A stretch of 64,000 nucleotides of DNA from Octopus vulgaris (GCA_951406725.2 OX597838.1:4650001-4714000); one strand, 5' to 3'; positions 24,713 through 38,540 are shown, counted from the first letter of the stretch. Translations and numbers: made by a program. Notes: generated by a model from the letters alone, not told the origin.

Positions 24713-25364
24713 AAATGAAGTCGAGGCGTGTGAATAATTCGAAACTCTTCTGCCATCCTCCAAAAGTATTTCCACAATTAATTCCGATGTAAACGAAATC
24801 TACGACATCGAAAAAGTATTTGTAGAAAATTTCATTAAAAAATATCCAATTTCCTGAAAGTTATGGTGAAACAAATTCGCGGAGAGTAAACGGGCGTAGG
24901 TTTGCGAATCTGTTATGGGGCCGGATTCACAAACACAAAGCCTCTTATTATAAACTGATAATCTTAATAGCCCTCTAATTAATCTTGTATTTAAATTATT
25001 CCAACGGAAACTCCTCACCTCACGCTACTTCTTTTCAACTATGGCACCAGTTCTCTATGGATTTCATACTACAATTCTCTTAAGCACAAAATAATTCGTT
25101 ACTCTGCAATTCTGGCCGATGTATCGTCTGACAGTTTCCTTGCAGAAGAAAAAAGAAAAGCAATATCGAAACAACATAAAACACTTATAAAACCCACCAA
25201 TTTATCAATCATTATTATGCTTAAATAGTTTTTCATACATTTAAATGTTATCTCGTTTTAATTTTTATAATGTGCATCATGCAAACTCCCCCCCCCCCCC
25301 TCTCATACTTCCTTGTAATTCTTCCTCGAGTCTCCTCGGGTTAAGTAGCCCAACTGTTTACCAA

Positions 25365-25430
25365 CTTAGTGGTTAAGTAATTCGGCTCAGGATCGTAAGC
25401 TGATGAGTTCGATTCCCACCGACGCATTGT
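25365..25430 (+). mobile_element. Isolated tRNA-like SINE head
   Basis: TTAGTGGTTAAG...GAGTTCGATTCCC A/B-box-like motifs, truncated by (AAT)n. Confidence 0.55.
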
Positions 25431-25681
25431 AATAATAATAATAATAATAATAATGATAATAATAATAATGATAATGATAATGATGATAATGATAAAAATA
25501 ATAATAGTACTAATAATGCTTTCTACTGGTGGCACAAGGCTTCAAATTTGTGGGGAGGGAACTAGTAGACTAAATCACCCCCAGTATGCATACGTCTAAG
25601 TATATGTGTATACATACACACACACATATACATATGTATGTATATGTCTAAGTATATGTGTATATGTGTATATATACATAC

Positions 25682-25726
<45 letters not shown>

Positions 25727-25978
25727 CACACACACACACACACTTATGGTTCTATATGTGTGTGTGTGTGTGTGCGCGTGCACGTATGTAAGGTTAGATA
25801 TACGCAAATATATGAAAAGTATAATAGTTTTAATAGTATATGTATGTATACATATGCATCTATATGTGTGTGTATACATACACGTATGTATATCAAAATA
25901 TATACGTATATATGTATGTATTTGTACATATATGTGTATATGTGTACACACTCGTATTATATATATATATATATATAT

Positions 25979-26101
25979 ATCAAATGTGAGGATAAAATTC
26001 TTTTCGAAAAAAAATATTTTCTCGAAAAAAATTTTATCAATGGCCAGCATATTAAAAAATACCTGGCATTAGAATTTTTTCCTTTGCCCTCATTTATGAA
26101 T

Positions 26102-26102
<1 letters not shown>
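25979..26102. mobile_element. Short element in (TA)n, paralogue of 21878-22080 lacking one palindrome arm
   Basis: TTTTATCAATGGCCAGCATATTAAAAAATACC (reverse complement of ~22008-22042) joined to TGGCATTAGAATTTTT..TTTGCCC (direct match to ~21946-21973). Confidence 0.7.
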
Positions 26103-26154
<52 letters not shown>

Positions 26155-26693
26155 ATGTATGCATGTTTGTATGGAATTGTATGTGAGCGAGTCTGTATAT
26201 ATGTTTGAGTGTGTGTGTGTGTATAAGCATAAATACGAGAGCATTTACGTGTGGCTGTATGTTGAGATAAACACTTATATACATTTACAAGTTCACAGTG
26301 TGTGTGTGTGCTCTGCGTTGATGCACTTTCGATAAGGAATCAATCACACACAGCATTGATTTCATGCTAACTTTCTTTTCTTTTTCTTTTTCCAATTAAT
26401 CGATTTTGTCGTATTTATCACATTCGAGAACACCGCTACAAACTGAAAGGTATTTCTAGCTAATTCTACAGAACTTCTTACATTGAAACCCATAAACGGA
26501 ACCATTAATAACATGGGCCATTATTTACTGTGGAACTAACAACAATGTCAGTGGCGTTTTGATGTAATATTGAAAAACTCGTACAAGGAACTTAATGAAT
26601 TCTTCAGCTCTTATGCTGCGATACAAACTTGCAGATAAAATCAATAAGTCATAAGATATTGTATGCTGATATTGAGGTGTATGTACACAGGTA

Positions 26694-26779
<86 letters not shown>

Positions 26780-26983
26780 TATATATATGTATATATGGGC
26801 GCGCACACAGAGACACACACACGCATAGAGACACACAAACACTTATATATGTTTGAATGTATATATATGCATGTGTGTGTGTGTGTGTGTGTGTGGTCAT
26901 GATTGAGTTGTGCTTTTCTGTTTTCGTATAAATGGTTCTACGAAAATGTGGAGTTTTGTGGGAATGTTTGTATGTAAGTATGA

Positions 26984-27080
<97 letters not shown>

Positions 27081-27245
27081 GCTATGTATGTATGTATGTA
27101 TCTATCTATCTATCTAACTATCTGTCTGCCTGTCTGTCTGTCTGTCTATCTATCTTTACATATCTATAAATATAGGTATATCTATATACATAAAAAACTC
27201 ATTCATATATATAAACGTACGTGTATATATGTGTATAAATGTATA

Positions 27246-27290
<45 letters not shown>

Positions 27291-27313
27291 ATATATATAT
27301 ATATATGTGTGTG

Positions 27314-27345
<32 letters not shown>

Positions 27346-27359
27346 CGATTATATATGGT

Positions 27360-27880
27360 GGCTGCCCCCTCGTTATCGAGTATGGCCATTGCACGAAGCT
27401 TTATCAATGTTGTTATCGTGCAATACCTGTGCAAGAAGATGAGGAAAGGCTGTGCACTGAGTCAATCCCACTCACTAAGTAACAGCAGCCATAATCCGAA
27501 ATGAAGAACAAGTCAACATCATCGGTAACCACTGAGCCGCAGGTTTTATGTCGGAGTTATCCCACTTACCTGAGTTACCTTCTAGAAGGATGCCCTAACA
27601 AAGGCTAGGAGTCCTTCACTCCCAATTGTTTAACTGCGCGATCGGGTATTCAGTCCGATTATTTCTATGTCCCCGCGCATGATACAGCCTTAAGACATTT
27701 ACTGGATGGCCGTTGACTCTCAAGAGTTCCTCCGCCCTTTGACGGGTTTTGTTTTCATCCCACAGGGTGTCTAATAAACACCCTTCTCACCAAGCCAGCC
27801 TGGTGGGGTTGCCGGTTTAGTCGCCGACGTCCTGACCATGCAACAGGTTGTACTGGGTTACATGTTACCTGTAGCACTCG
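27360..27880 (-). mobile_element. Probable non-autonomous RTE-derived element
   Basis: GC-richer island; minus-strand 3' end CAATGGCCATACTCGATAACGAGGGGGCAGCC resembles RTE stem-loop tails; 5' part resembles RTE 5' UTRs; no ORF. Confidence 0.45.
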
Positions 27881-28149
27881 AAAGTTATAATACTTGTGTG
27901 CTGCCATAAGAAATATCAGGAAATATGACAATAATTATAATTCTTCGTTTTTATACGGAAAGAATATTATTTTTTTAAAGGAAAATATTTATTGCGTCTA
28001 AATATAAAAAAAAAACAAATATCTGATTTGCATATTTGCCCTAAATATTTTGTTTCAGTGATTTTTGTCCCTAAACTGTATTTACAAAATCGAAATCGTC
28101 TGCATGGAAAACCTAAATTTCTTCTAAAAATCTGTTTTTCTTTCGTCTT

Positions 28150-28340
28150 AAAAGACATTCTTCCTGTACTTCTTATTTGCTGCTTTCCTTCGCTTTCCGT
28201 CGTTAAGTTTACAACTGTGTGGTGACCACCAAAGCTGGAAGCAGTAATGTAAATGGCTGAGAACAAATATACCCCAGAGAACCATCATGGTTTTCTGTTC
28301 CCTTTTTCTGTGAAGTTTTAAGAATGACTGCATTTTATTA
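28150..28340 (-). mobile_element. Old fragment of the CR1/L2-group LINE
   Basis: REQKTMMVLWGIFVLSHLHYCFQLWWSPHSCKL aligns with REQETMMVLWKTLVLSHFDYCSQLWSPSSVKL of the LINE at 34184. Confidence 0.8.
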
Positions 28341-28722
28341 CACACTCAATAAATTGCACCTTGAAAGTTGTATAATTACTCATGTCATTGCTCAAAATCC
28401 AGAGGTAGGTCATTCATCCCAAAAAGATAGAGCCAATTGAAGATTAGCGAATCACTCTATGAAGAATTCAAAAGTGCTTTTGGGGTAGATTTACGGGAAA
28501 TACAAGACAGCAAACCTGTCAAATACTTTACCACTACACACTACACATATAAAGAAAATGGCGGCAGTAACAATTGGTTATATCGACAAAGAAGAAAGAG
28601 ATGTGATACTGGTCATAGATGAGGTAGATAAACCTCAGCTGCTGGCCCCGATGGGTCTCCAGAAATATATCTCAAATCATGCAAACGAACCCTTGGAAAA
28701 TCACTGCACCTTGTTTCTTTAC

Positions 28723-28765
<43 letters not shown>

Positions 28766-28766
28766 C

Positions 28767-28927
28767 CGATGAGCTTCTTTCATTTTCCGTCTACCAAATA
28801 CACTCACAAAGCTTTGGTCGGCCTGATGCTATAATAGTAGACACTTGCCCAAACTGCCATGCAGTGGCACTGAGCCCGGAACCATGTGGTTGGTAAGAAA
28901 GCTACTTACCACACAGTCACGCCTGCA
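28767..28927 (-). mobile_element. SINE family B, 5' half
   Basis: TTCCGTCTACCAAATACACTCACAAAGCTTTGGTCGGCC..AGACACTTGCCCAA..CCATGTGGTTGGTAAG. Confidence 0.85.
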
Positions 28928-28950
28928 TATATATATACATACATATATAC

Positions 28951-29031
<81 letters not shown>

Positions 29032-29141
29032 TATATTTAGACATATTTGTAAAAGATAAATGAGACTGACTTTCCTGATATTTTCCGCTTCACATATAAA
29101 ATGGTCACAAATATAAAATATCATTCGACATATAAGATGCT

Positions 29142-29180
<39 letters not shown>

Positions 29181-29388
29181 CGCACAAACATATATATATA
29201 CATACATGCATACATATATAAACACATACTCACACACACACAAACGCACACACATATATATATATATATATATGTAGATAGATATATGTATATGCGTAGA
29301 GAGTGAAAGAGAGAGAGAGAGAGAGAGAGAGTCTGATAAGGAGAAAGTGCGGAAAAGAGCAAGAAACAGAGAGAGAGAGAGAGATCGA

Positions 29389-29424
<36 letters not shown>

Positions 29425-29721
29425 TAGAGACGGGAGGGGGGAGATACAGAGTGATCAGGAACATTAAATATACATTATATGCTACACAATTTGTGATCTT
29501 GTTACCGCGAAGGAGAGAAGAAATATCTTATTTATGACAAGACAATGTCGGTGAAATGCTACTCCTTGTTATTGTGCTATTTGATTAAATTCTCTGGCTA
29601 TTCCAAGACTGTAAAAGATCGTGATTGTCTTGTTAATTGTTTCCCGTAACGAGAGCACCATATTCAAATATATTAATTCAACACACTTACTATAACTAAA
29701 ACCAGACACCGGATCCCCACA

Positions 29722-29752
<31 letters not shown>

Positions 29753-29776
29753 GTACGTGCATACATATATGCACAT

Positions 29777-29835
<59 letters not shown>

Positions 29836-29838
<3 letters not shown>

Positions 29839-29926
29839 ATACATACATATATGTACATCTTATACATATAGCATACAATGTATGCATATATGTGTATTGA
29901 TATACATACGTATACATGTATATATA

Positions 29927-29971
<45 letters not shown>

Positions 29972-30042
29972 CATACATATATGTACATCTTTATACATAT
30001 AGCATACAATGTATGCATATATGTGTATTGATATACATACGT

Positions 30043-30060
<18 letters not shown>
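29836..30060. repeat. Tandem duplication of ~130 bp of AT-rich low-complexity sequence
   Basis: TGTACATCTT(T)ATACATATAGCATACAATGTATGCATATATGTGTATTGATATACATACGTATACATG occurs twice. Confidence 0.85.
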
Positions 30061-30073
<13 letters not shown>

Positions 30074-31642
30074 CATTCATATATCTATATCTACATCTAT
30101 ATCTATATCTATCTATCTACCTATGTATCTACATATATATATATATACATATATGTGTGTGTGTGTGTGAGTGTGTGTATGTGTATAAAGTTCATAATAT
30201 ACGTAGTTAGATATAATGGAACAAACGTACAATCCAGTACGCGCAGGTACACATATACATACACAGGAACTTACATATATATACATATATATGCATATAT
30301 ATCCGTATATATATATATACTTACTTATATATACACACTCACTCACACACGCACACGCACACAGATGCCCACACATACACACACATAAAATCAGTGTAAA
30401 CTGTGAAAAAGGTTAAAGCCTTAAATGTATTAATAATAGAAAATATTTTAACTATTCTCAGCGCATTTTCAACTTCTATTTTTCATGCATACATACATAG
30501 ACACACACACACATGTACATAGCTAGATGCAATATAATACCATATAGGGAAAATTTATCGTTACTAATTATGGCTGACGGTGCAAAAGTACCTATATTGC
30601 AAGAAATAAGAGTTAAAATCTCTTAATGTTGTAAGAAACGCGCAATATATATACACTGATACATATATAAAGTTAGGGACAAATAGAAATCTATAATATA
30701 TGAACTCAGATAATTAATGATGTTGATGTTTTTTTACCTTCATTACAATTGAAGTAGGATTGTATTAAATGATAGTGAATGGACGACAATAAAAAAAATA
30801 AAATAAAATAAAAAGAAAACACTTCAATATTATAAAAACTGTAAAAAGTTTCATTTCCGAACAATCCGTCATGTAAAATTTACAATTCTAATTCCGTCCC
30901 TGATATTTGCACACATCATAAAGATAGCCGTTAATTAAGTATGAATCGTAAGAAAGGGATTTGAAATGTATTAAGGTAAAGAAAAATATCTTCATTTTGC
31001 TTCGATTAGATAGTGATTTAATCTGAATATCTAAATAGCTCTCTTGACGCATGGCAAATAGGAAAAAAGAATCTGACATTGTGTATTCCTTGCTCGTATA
31101 TTATTGTAAATTAATTGACTCTGATACACTTCAGCCATTGAAAAATATGTTCCCAGTTTGAATGCTAAATAATTTTCAAGCGTTTAGCTGTTTTACTCTC
31201 ATTGTGTGAAGCAATGAAACTTTTTTCATTGCAGCAGACAGGACAGAAACACGTGATAGAAAATAAAACGGAAATAAGATGTTCAATAAACGAGGAAATA
31301 GTAATTGAAGAAGGAAAGATGGGGAAAAAAATCTTAACGGAAAAAAAAAACCCAGAGGAAATTGTTGTTTTCTATCGAAATGATATAATGGAGTCAATTA
31401 TGTATGAACGTCTCTCAACTTATAAATCTTAAGTTTTGATAAATGACTATAGAGTAAGTATTAGTACGCGCGTGCGTTCATAACATACAAGTATAAAAAA
31501 AAAAGACTCAAGCCGATAGGGAGATATAAAAGGAGCACATATTTAATCAAATACACCTACGCGAATAAGTTCATATATGTCTATATGTATGCATGTATCT
31601 ATGTACGTATGTATGTATATATATATATATATATAAATACAT

Positions 31643-31708
<66 letters not shown>

Positions 31709-31844
31709 GTACATATTTATACACACAGTAATTTATGATATCTATAAATATATGTACATCTATGATTTTTGACATAACGGTATTCATCTCAAACCTCTCT
31801 CTTTCTTACTCTCTCCTTCTCTCTTTCTATCTATAAGTATATAT

Positions 31845-31908
<64 letters not shown>

Positions 31909-32984
31909 GTATATATATATATGCGTATGTGTGTAAATATATTTTTGTAGATATGTATTGTTTATATGTCTACATATATGCGTATATATACGAACATAAT
32001 TATATTATATATGTATATTTATATTAGTATATATATATATGTGTGTGTTTGCATGTGTGTGGGTATGAGTGTTCTTGTATTCCTATAGTGCAATTAATAT
32101 TCTAAATTGCACGACAAAGAACCAGCATCTACGGCAACATGATTATTCCATTCCGTGCTGTGGCACTCGCATCATTTACTTTAAATATGCATAGAATAAA
32201 ACAAAACAAAAATGTTTATTAGATATTTCTTTACATCATCTTACGTATGTTTAATAAGGAACAATGATTGTATAGCGCAATCACTGTTTGTTAATGAAAC
32301 ATACGTAAGCATAACGTTGTCTCAAGTCCTCAGAGTCGAGTAAAATTTATTCGACATATTACTGAAATTTGAGGTTTCCTGAATATACAGTATTAGAAAT
32401 CACACATATGTATATTTATTTCTGCATATCTACATATAATTAAATACGCTAATAATACGTTATAGAGTACCCACATTCGTAACAGTCATGTACTCATTTC
32501 ATATAGCTCGAAAATTTTATGCGAAATTATTGATAAGATGCATAACTGGAAAAGTGTCTATATTTGTAGTTTTCAACTTCTTCGTATCAACTGCGGAACA
32601 CTGATGAAGCCAAGTGCGAGATTGCATATTTACACACTTGTGTAATCATTAAGGCATTTTACCGTGTATAGTCAATAAAGTATTGAATACTATGCTTGTT
32701 ATATATGTGTATACATAAATGTGTTTGTGTGTGTGCGCGTGTGAGTGTGTGCAAATGTAAGTGTATGTGAGTGTGTGCGTGTGTGAGTGTATATGTGTCT
32801 TGTGTGTTTGTCCCCAGTACTGGTATCGGTGTGTTTACATCTCCATAAATTAGATTTCGGCAAAAGGTCAACGATACACTAAGTACCAAGCTTTAAAAAT
32901 GCCCCAGCGTGACCGCAGTCCAACGCCTAAGTATAGATATATGCATCAATACATTCATATATATGTATATATTCTCTCTCTCTT

Positions 32985-33202
32985 TACTCTTTTACTCTTT
33001 TACTTGTTTCAGTCATTTGACTGCGGCCATGCTGGAGCACCGCCTTTAATCGAGCAACTCGACTCCGGGACTTATTCTTTTGTAAGCCCAGTACTTATTC
33101 TATCGGTCTCTTTTGCCGAACCGCTAGGTAACGGGGACATAAACACACCAGCATCGGTTGTCAAGCACTGCTGGGGAGACAAACACACTCACACAAACAC
33201 GT

Positions 33203-33233
<31 letters not shown>

Positions 33234-33400
33234 CATATATACGACGGGCTTCTTTCAGTTTCCGTCTACCAAATCCACTCACAAGGCTTTGGTCGGCCCG
33301 AGGCTATAGTAGAAGACACTTGCCCAAGGTGCCACGCAGTGGGACTGAATCCGGGACCATGTGGTTGGTAAACAAGCTACTTACCACACAGCCACTCCTG
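32985..33400 (-). mobile_element. SINE family B, full-length young copy
   Basis: Near-identical reverse complement of 13314-13723. Confidence 0.93.
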
Positions 33401-33530
33401 TGTGCATGCATGTGTGTGTGTGTGCGCATACATAGACGTACGTGCATTAACATATGTATAAAATACATTCCAGCATTTTCTTTAACCCAAAGCCACCAAC
33501 GTTTCATCTGCACCTCGTGTATACACACAT

Positions 33531-33569
<39 letters not shown>

Positions 33570-33574
33570 CCATT

Positions 33575-33772
33575 CAATACGTGACCGCGTGAGTATCGTC
33601 GGCGATTTTCTTTCTCCGTCTTCCCTTCCTTTGTCTATGTTTCTGACGAAGAGCTCCGCTCGAAACGTTAAATCGTCCTCCTTTCTTTTCTTTCCTGAGC
33701 GTCCAATCGCACAATAGTTGTTTCACATCCTTGCGTTGTTGGGTTTTCTCTTTGTTCATTTTTGGATTAACT
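33575..33772 (+). mobile_element. Short Penelope-like-derived element between (TA)n tracts
   Basis: Pyrimidine-rich element carrying a hammerhead-like core and ending GGATTAAC(TA)n. Confidence 0.6.
33640..33672 (+). ncRNA. Minimal type I hammerhead-like motif with canonical core
   Basis: UUU CUGACGA A GAGC UCC GCUC GAAAC GUU AAA; self-complementary ACGU in place of stem III. Confidence 0.6.
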
Positions 33773-33801
33773 ATATATGTATATATGTATATATGTATAT
33801 A

Positions 33802-33853
<52 letters not shown>

Positions 33854-34139
33854 ACTGGCTTCTTTCAATTTCCATCTACGAAATCCCCGGTACAAACCTT
33901 TGGTCGGCCCGTGGGGGGTGGGGGTCATAGTAAATAACATTTGCTGAAGGTGTTACGCAGTGCCGCTGAAGCTAAGGTCTGCACGTGATTTGTGAGGCAG
34001 AATGTTAATTGCGATAATGAAACAATCATAAATTTCGTTGACGAATGATAAATAAAGATTTAATTATGACTCTATCGCCAGACAATTAATATGAACAAAT
34101 ATTTATATTTGCTTTTGTGAAATTAATGAAATTCATTAT

Positions 34140-34173
<34 letters not shown>

Positions 34174-34183
34174 CTCATATATC

Positions 34184-35408
34184 TGATATGTCACAAACTG
34201 CGTGATCTCAACATAGTTGGAAAACTGGGAGAATGGCTTCATGACTTTCTGAAGGATAGAAGTCAGGTGGTAGTAGCCAATGGGGCCACCTCCATTAACA
34301 CACAAATAGTGAGCGGTGTTCCGCAGGGCACTGTTCTGGGACCACTACTGTTCATAATGGCCCTCTCAGACATGCCCTCAGCCACGCAGAGAGCCACGAT
34401 CACAAGTTATGCAGATGATACAAAAGTTTCACAGGCAATACAGAACCCTGAGGACACTAAACACCTGCAATGTGAGCTGGACGAAATATACAAGTGGGCT
34501 GAAAAGAATAGCATGCAGTTCAATGCTGGAAAGTTTCAAGCTTTATACTATCAGCATGCAAAACTGAATGCAATACCCAATGAATACACTGGACCCGGAG
34601 GGATTGCAATCCCAGAGGCACAATCAGTGCGTGACCTGGGTATTCACATGAGTGATGATGCGACCTTTCATGTACATGTTGCTAAACTGACAATGAAATG
34701 TAGACGGCTGGCTGGATGGATTCTTAGAACCTTTAGAACAAGAGAACAAGAAACCATGATGGTCCTCTGGAAGACACTTGTCCTAAGCCACTTTGACTAT
34801 TGCTCTCAGCTATGGTCACCATCCAGTGTCAAGTTGATCACAGAACTTGAGGCGATCCAACGAAGCTACACGAAGAAGATAGCCTCTATGCAGAATGTAA
34901 GCTACTGGGAAAGACTCAAGAGATTAAAATTATATTCCCTGGAGCGTAGGCGGGAAAGATAGGCCATAATATACATCTGGAAGATCCTGGAGGGAAGTGT
35001 CCTGAACTTTGGCATTGAGAGTTACGCAAATGCCAGAACTGGGCGCCACTGCGTGGTGCCTAGGACTCCAAACCTGCCATCAAGATGTAGGACAAGATTC
35101 TGTGATAGCCTGGGCTTCCGAGGCCCACATCTCTTCAATATCCTCCCGAAGAACCTGAGAGACCTGCATGGGGTGGATACAGATGTCTTTAAAATGAAGC
35201 TGGATCTCTTCCTGTCAGGTGTCCCAGATGAACCAACTTCACGGCAGGAGGGGCAGATGAGGGCAGCTGCATCGAACTCTCTCATGCACCAAATAGCAGT
35301 TGCTAGAAAGCCCCCATGAAGTGAAACCAAGTAGCAACACCAAATGGCGGTGCCCCAGCATGGCCACAGCTCATAAGCTGAAACTAGAATCAATCAATCA
35401 ATCAATCA
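34184..35408 (+). mobile_element. 5'-truncated CR1/L2-group non-LTR retrotransposon (RT C-terminal half plus 3' UTR)
   Basis: GVPQGTVLGPLLF, YADDTK, N.MQFN..K, RDLGI, DYCSQLWSP, SYWERLK.L.L.SLERRR; one in-frame TAG (34960-34962), same frame continues to TGA 35319; 3' stem-loop and (ATCA)n tail. Confidence 0.95.
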
Positions 35409-35517
35409 TAGTATATTATAAGCTTCAAGCTTTTAAGCGATCACCGGGCAATGACCAAGGAAAATAGCCTAATAATGGGACATAAAACACTGCGACAGAA
35501 AAAAAATATAGGTTTTC

Positions 35518-35590
35518 CCGTACGTGCGGGACTCGAACCCACACATCTTTGTTTACGCGACCAGTGTTCTTCCGTTACAACAACGCGCCC
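35518..35590 (-). pseudogene. tRNA-Thr(CGT)-like remnant
   Basis: Minus strand GGCGCGTTGTTGTAACGGAAGAACACTGGTCGCGTAAACAAAGATGTGTGGGTTCGAGTCCCGCACGTACG: intact T-arm/B box, CGT anticodon position, broken anticodon and acceptor stems, oligo-T downstream. Confidence 0.6.
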
Positions 35591-35671
35591 CAAACGCTCA
35601 TTATTTACAGAATTGTAAAAAATCGACGCTGCCGAAGAAAACCAACTCATTGAAATATATATAAGTATATA

Positions 35672-35784
<113 letters not shown>

Positions 35785-35857
35785 TATATATATATATTAT
35801 ATATATATATACGTACATACATATATATATGTATATATGTATATATGTATATATGTA

Positions 35858-35896
<39 letters not shown>

Positions 35897-36035
35897 AAGA
35901 TATATATGTACATATATATAAATGTATGTATATATATATGTGTGTGTGTGTGTGTTGACACAAGTTTAGGTGTTTCTAGCAAACTCATCCATGTTTAATG
36001 CCGTTTATAGTTTTCTGTTTTTGGTACACATTTGT

Positions 36036-36086
<51 letters not shown>

Positions 36087-36180
36087 ATGTGTATATGTAT
36101 ATATATATATAGATACGCATGCATGTATATATATATATATATATATATACGTTTATATATTTACATGTGTATACACACAC

Positions 36181-36254
<74 letters not shown>

Positions 36255-36428
36255 CATTACCATAGTCATTATTATTCCCATCAACTACATTTTCAGTACC
36301 ATAAACATAAGTACACTAATCGCATAATTCTCTATATAATCGCTACTACTACCCCCATCACCACCACCACCACCAACAGCAGCAGGAGCAGCACCACCAC
36401 CACCTCATCATGATCATCATCAGCATCC

Positions 36429-36476
<48 letters not shown>

Positions 36477-36622
36477 TATCACTGTCATCTCTGTTTGTTT
36501 TGTGTGTTTAGCCTTGCGGCTGCGTTTTACGATGCAAGATTAGTAATGTAGTACAAGAAACTGCAGGTGTTTAGTAACGTCATCGAATATCCTGCATATC
36601 GAATAATAATAGTAATAATGTC

Positions 36623-36664
<42 letters not shown>

Positions 36665-36679
36665 CCTTAAATCGTTAAA

Positions 36680-36722
36680 AATGTTTTAGCCCGAAGGCCG
36701 CGGCCATGCTGGGGCACCACCG
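36680..36722 (-). mobile_element. Isolated LINE-type 3' stem-loop tail
   Basis: Minus strand GGTGGTGCCCCAGCATGGCCGCGGCCTTCGGGCTAAAAC, same motif as the LINE and SINE B tails. Confidence 0.7.
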
Positions 36723-36799
36723 AATAATGATAATAATAATAATAATAATGATGATGATGATGATGACGATGATGATGATGATGATGATGATGATAATGG

Positions 36800-37236
36800 T
36801 AATGGGCTAGAGCAAATATTCTGCTCAATACCACAGATTAGCTTGTCAGTTGTTTGACCTTAACCAGTTGAGCATGTCCCTTAGTGGCTGACGATATGTG
36901 CCATCTCTGATCACGTGCAGAAGTAGTGGGGGAGCATCATAACCATGTGTTGAGAGGGATTCTTTGGGGTTTGAATAATTCATCTTTGGAAACATGGGTG
37001 CTTCGTTCAACATCCTTAAACAAGCCTTATTCAGGGATCTTTTGAGCGGGATGAGCCACTCAACCTGAAGAAAATTCTAACTGGGCCCCCACCTTCAATT
37101 TCATGCGTTATTTATGAGATCAACGTGCCGTGCACATATGGCTGTAATGCATGTGCCTGGTGTACTCTTACCAGACGGGTAGTCATAATGAATATACTGT
37201 GTTTCGTATAATATACCCCAGTGTCATTTCAATGGC
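36800..37236. mobile_element. Unclassified ~440-bp insertion in an (AAT/GAT)n tract
   Basis: GC-richer non-coding block sharply bounded by triplet repeats on both sides; no second copy in the window. Confidence 0.4.
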
Positions 37237-37367
37237 AACAATAACAATAATAATGATAATAATAATAATAATAATTTATAATAATAATGATAATAATAAT
37301 AATAATAATAACAACAACAACAACAAGAACACCAACAATAATGATAATAATATGAACAACAACAACG

Positions 37368-37571
37368 ATCCTTTCTACTCAAGGCACAAGTGCTGAAATT
37401 TTGACAGAGTGGTTAAATCGATTAGATCGACTCCAGTACGCAACTGGTACTTAAATTATCGACTCCGAAAGGATGAAAGTCAAAGTCGTCGTCGGTGTAA
37501 TTTGAACTCACTAAGGTAACACAGCGAAGTATTTCATCCAGCATACTAACGATTCCGCCACCTCGCCGCCC
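37368..37571 (-). mobile_element. SINE family C (tail b)
   Basis: ATCGACTCCGAAAGGATGAAAGTCAAAGTCG..TTTGAACTC..CCGCCACCTCGCCGCC. Confidence 0.8.
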
Positions 37572-38087
37572 CGAGAAATGATTTAATTTTAAAAGCTTGT
37601 ATTCAACACCAACATATAACTATCAGGTTTTGGCGCGCAATGCGGTCTACGTCTCTATTTCTCTATCGCTCTGTCCTTCTTTCTCTCTCTTCGTCTGTCT
37701 GTCTGTCTGTCTGTCTGTCCTTATCACTCTGTGTCTGTCTGTCTTTCGTCTGTCTCTGTCTTCGTCTTTCTGTCTCTGTCTCTTTCCCTCTGTTTCTCAC
37801 TCGCCGTTCCTAGAACTCGTGATGAATTCATATTTAATGGCTGATGTTAAATTTAACGAATGCTATTTCTTATCAGCAGTTTCAAGCAGTAAATAAGGAA
37901 GGAGAAACTCTCACAAACGTACACACCAAGTAGAAACATAGACAGACAGCGAGACAGATAAACAGACAGACAGACAGACAGACATAAAAACATCAAGCCA
38001 AACACAGACAGATATAAATTCCGAACAAAGCAGTAAATAGACATATTTTCTCTATTTCCTTAATACTATTTGTCTGTGCGCATGTAC

Positions 38088-38136
<49 letters not shown>

Positions 38137-38194
38137 CATAAATTTATATATATTCACATATATATATATATACATATATATATATATGTATATA

Positions 38195-38247
<53 letters not shown>

Positions 38248-38501
38248 ATGTATACACACACAAACACACATATATGTATATACGTATCAGCGCGTATGAA
38301 AACTTTGTGTGTGTGTGTGTGTATGTAAGTGCATGCACTTATATATAGCCATATACATGTATACTCGCATACATACACACCTACGTACATACATATAATC
38401 TACACATGTACCTACACATGTGAACATTCTTATCATTAATATATACATTTGTACATATTAGTAACATATAAAATGTATTTTCTTTTGTGCACACACACAC
38501 A

Positions 38502-38540
<39 letters not shown>

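Noticed and set aside
32598-32630. CTGATGAAGCC hammerhead-like core
   Set aside because: No GAAA or closing stems; could be a decayed copy but unsupported.
34117-34962. 281-aa ORF as a host gene or active RT
   Set aside because: N-terminus is microsatellite-derived; it is a 5'-truncated LINE with a premature stop.
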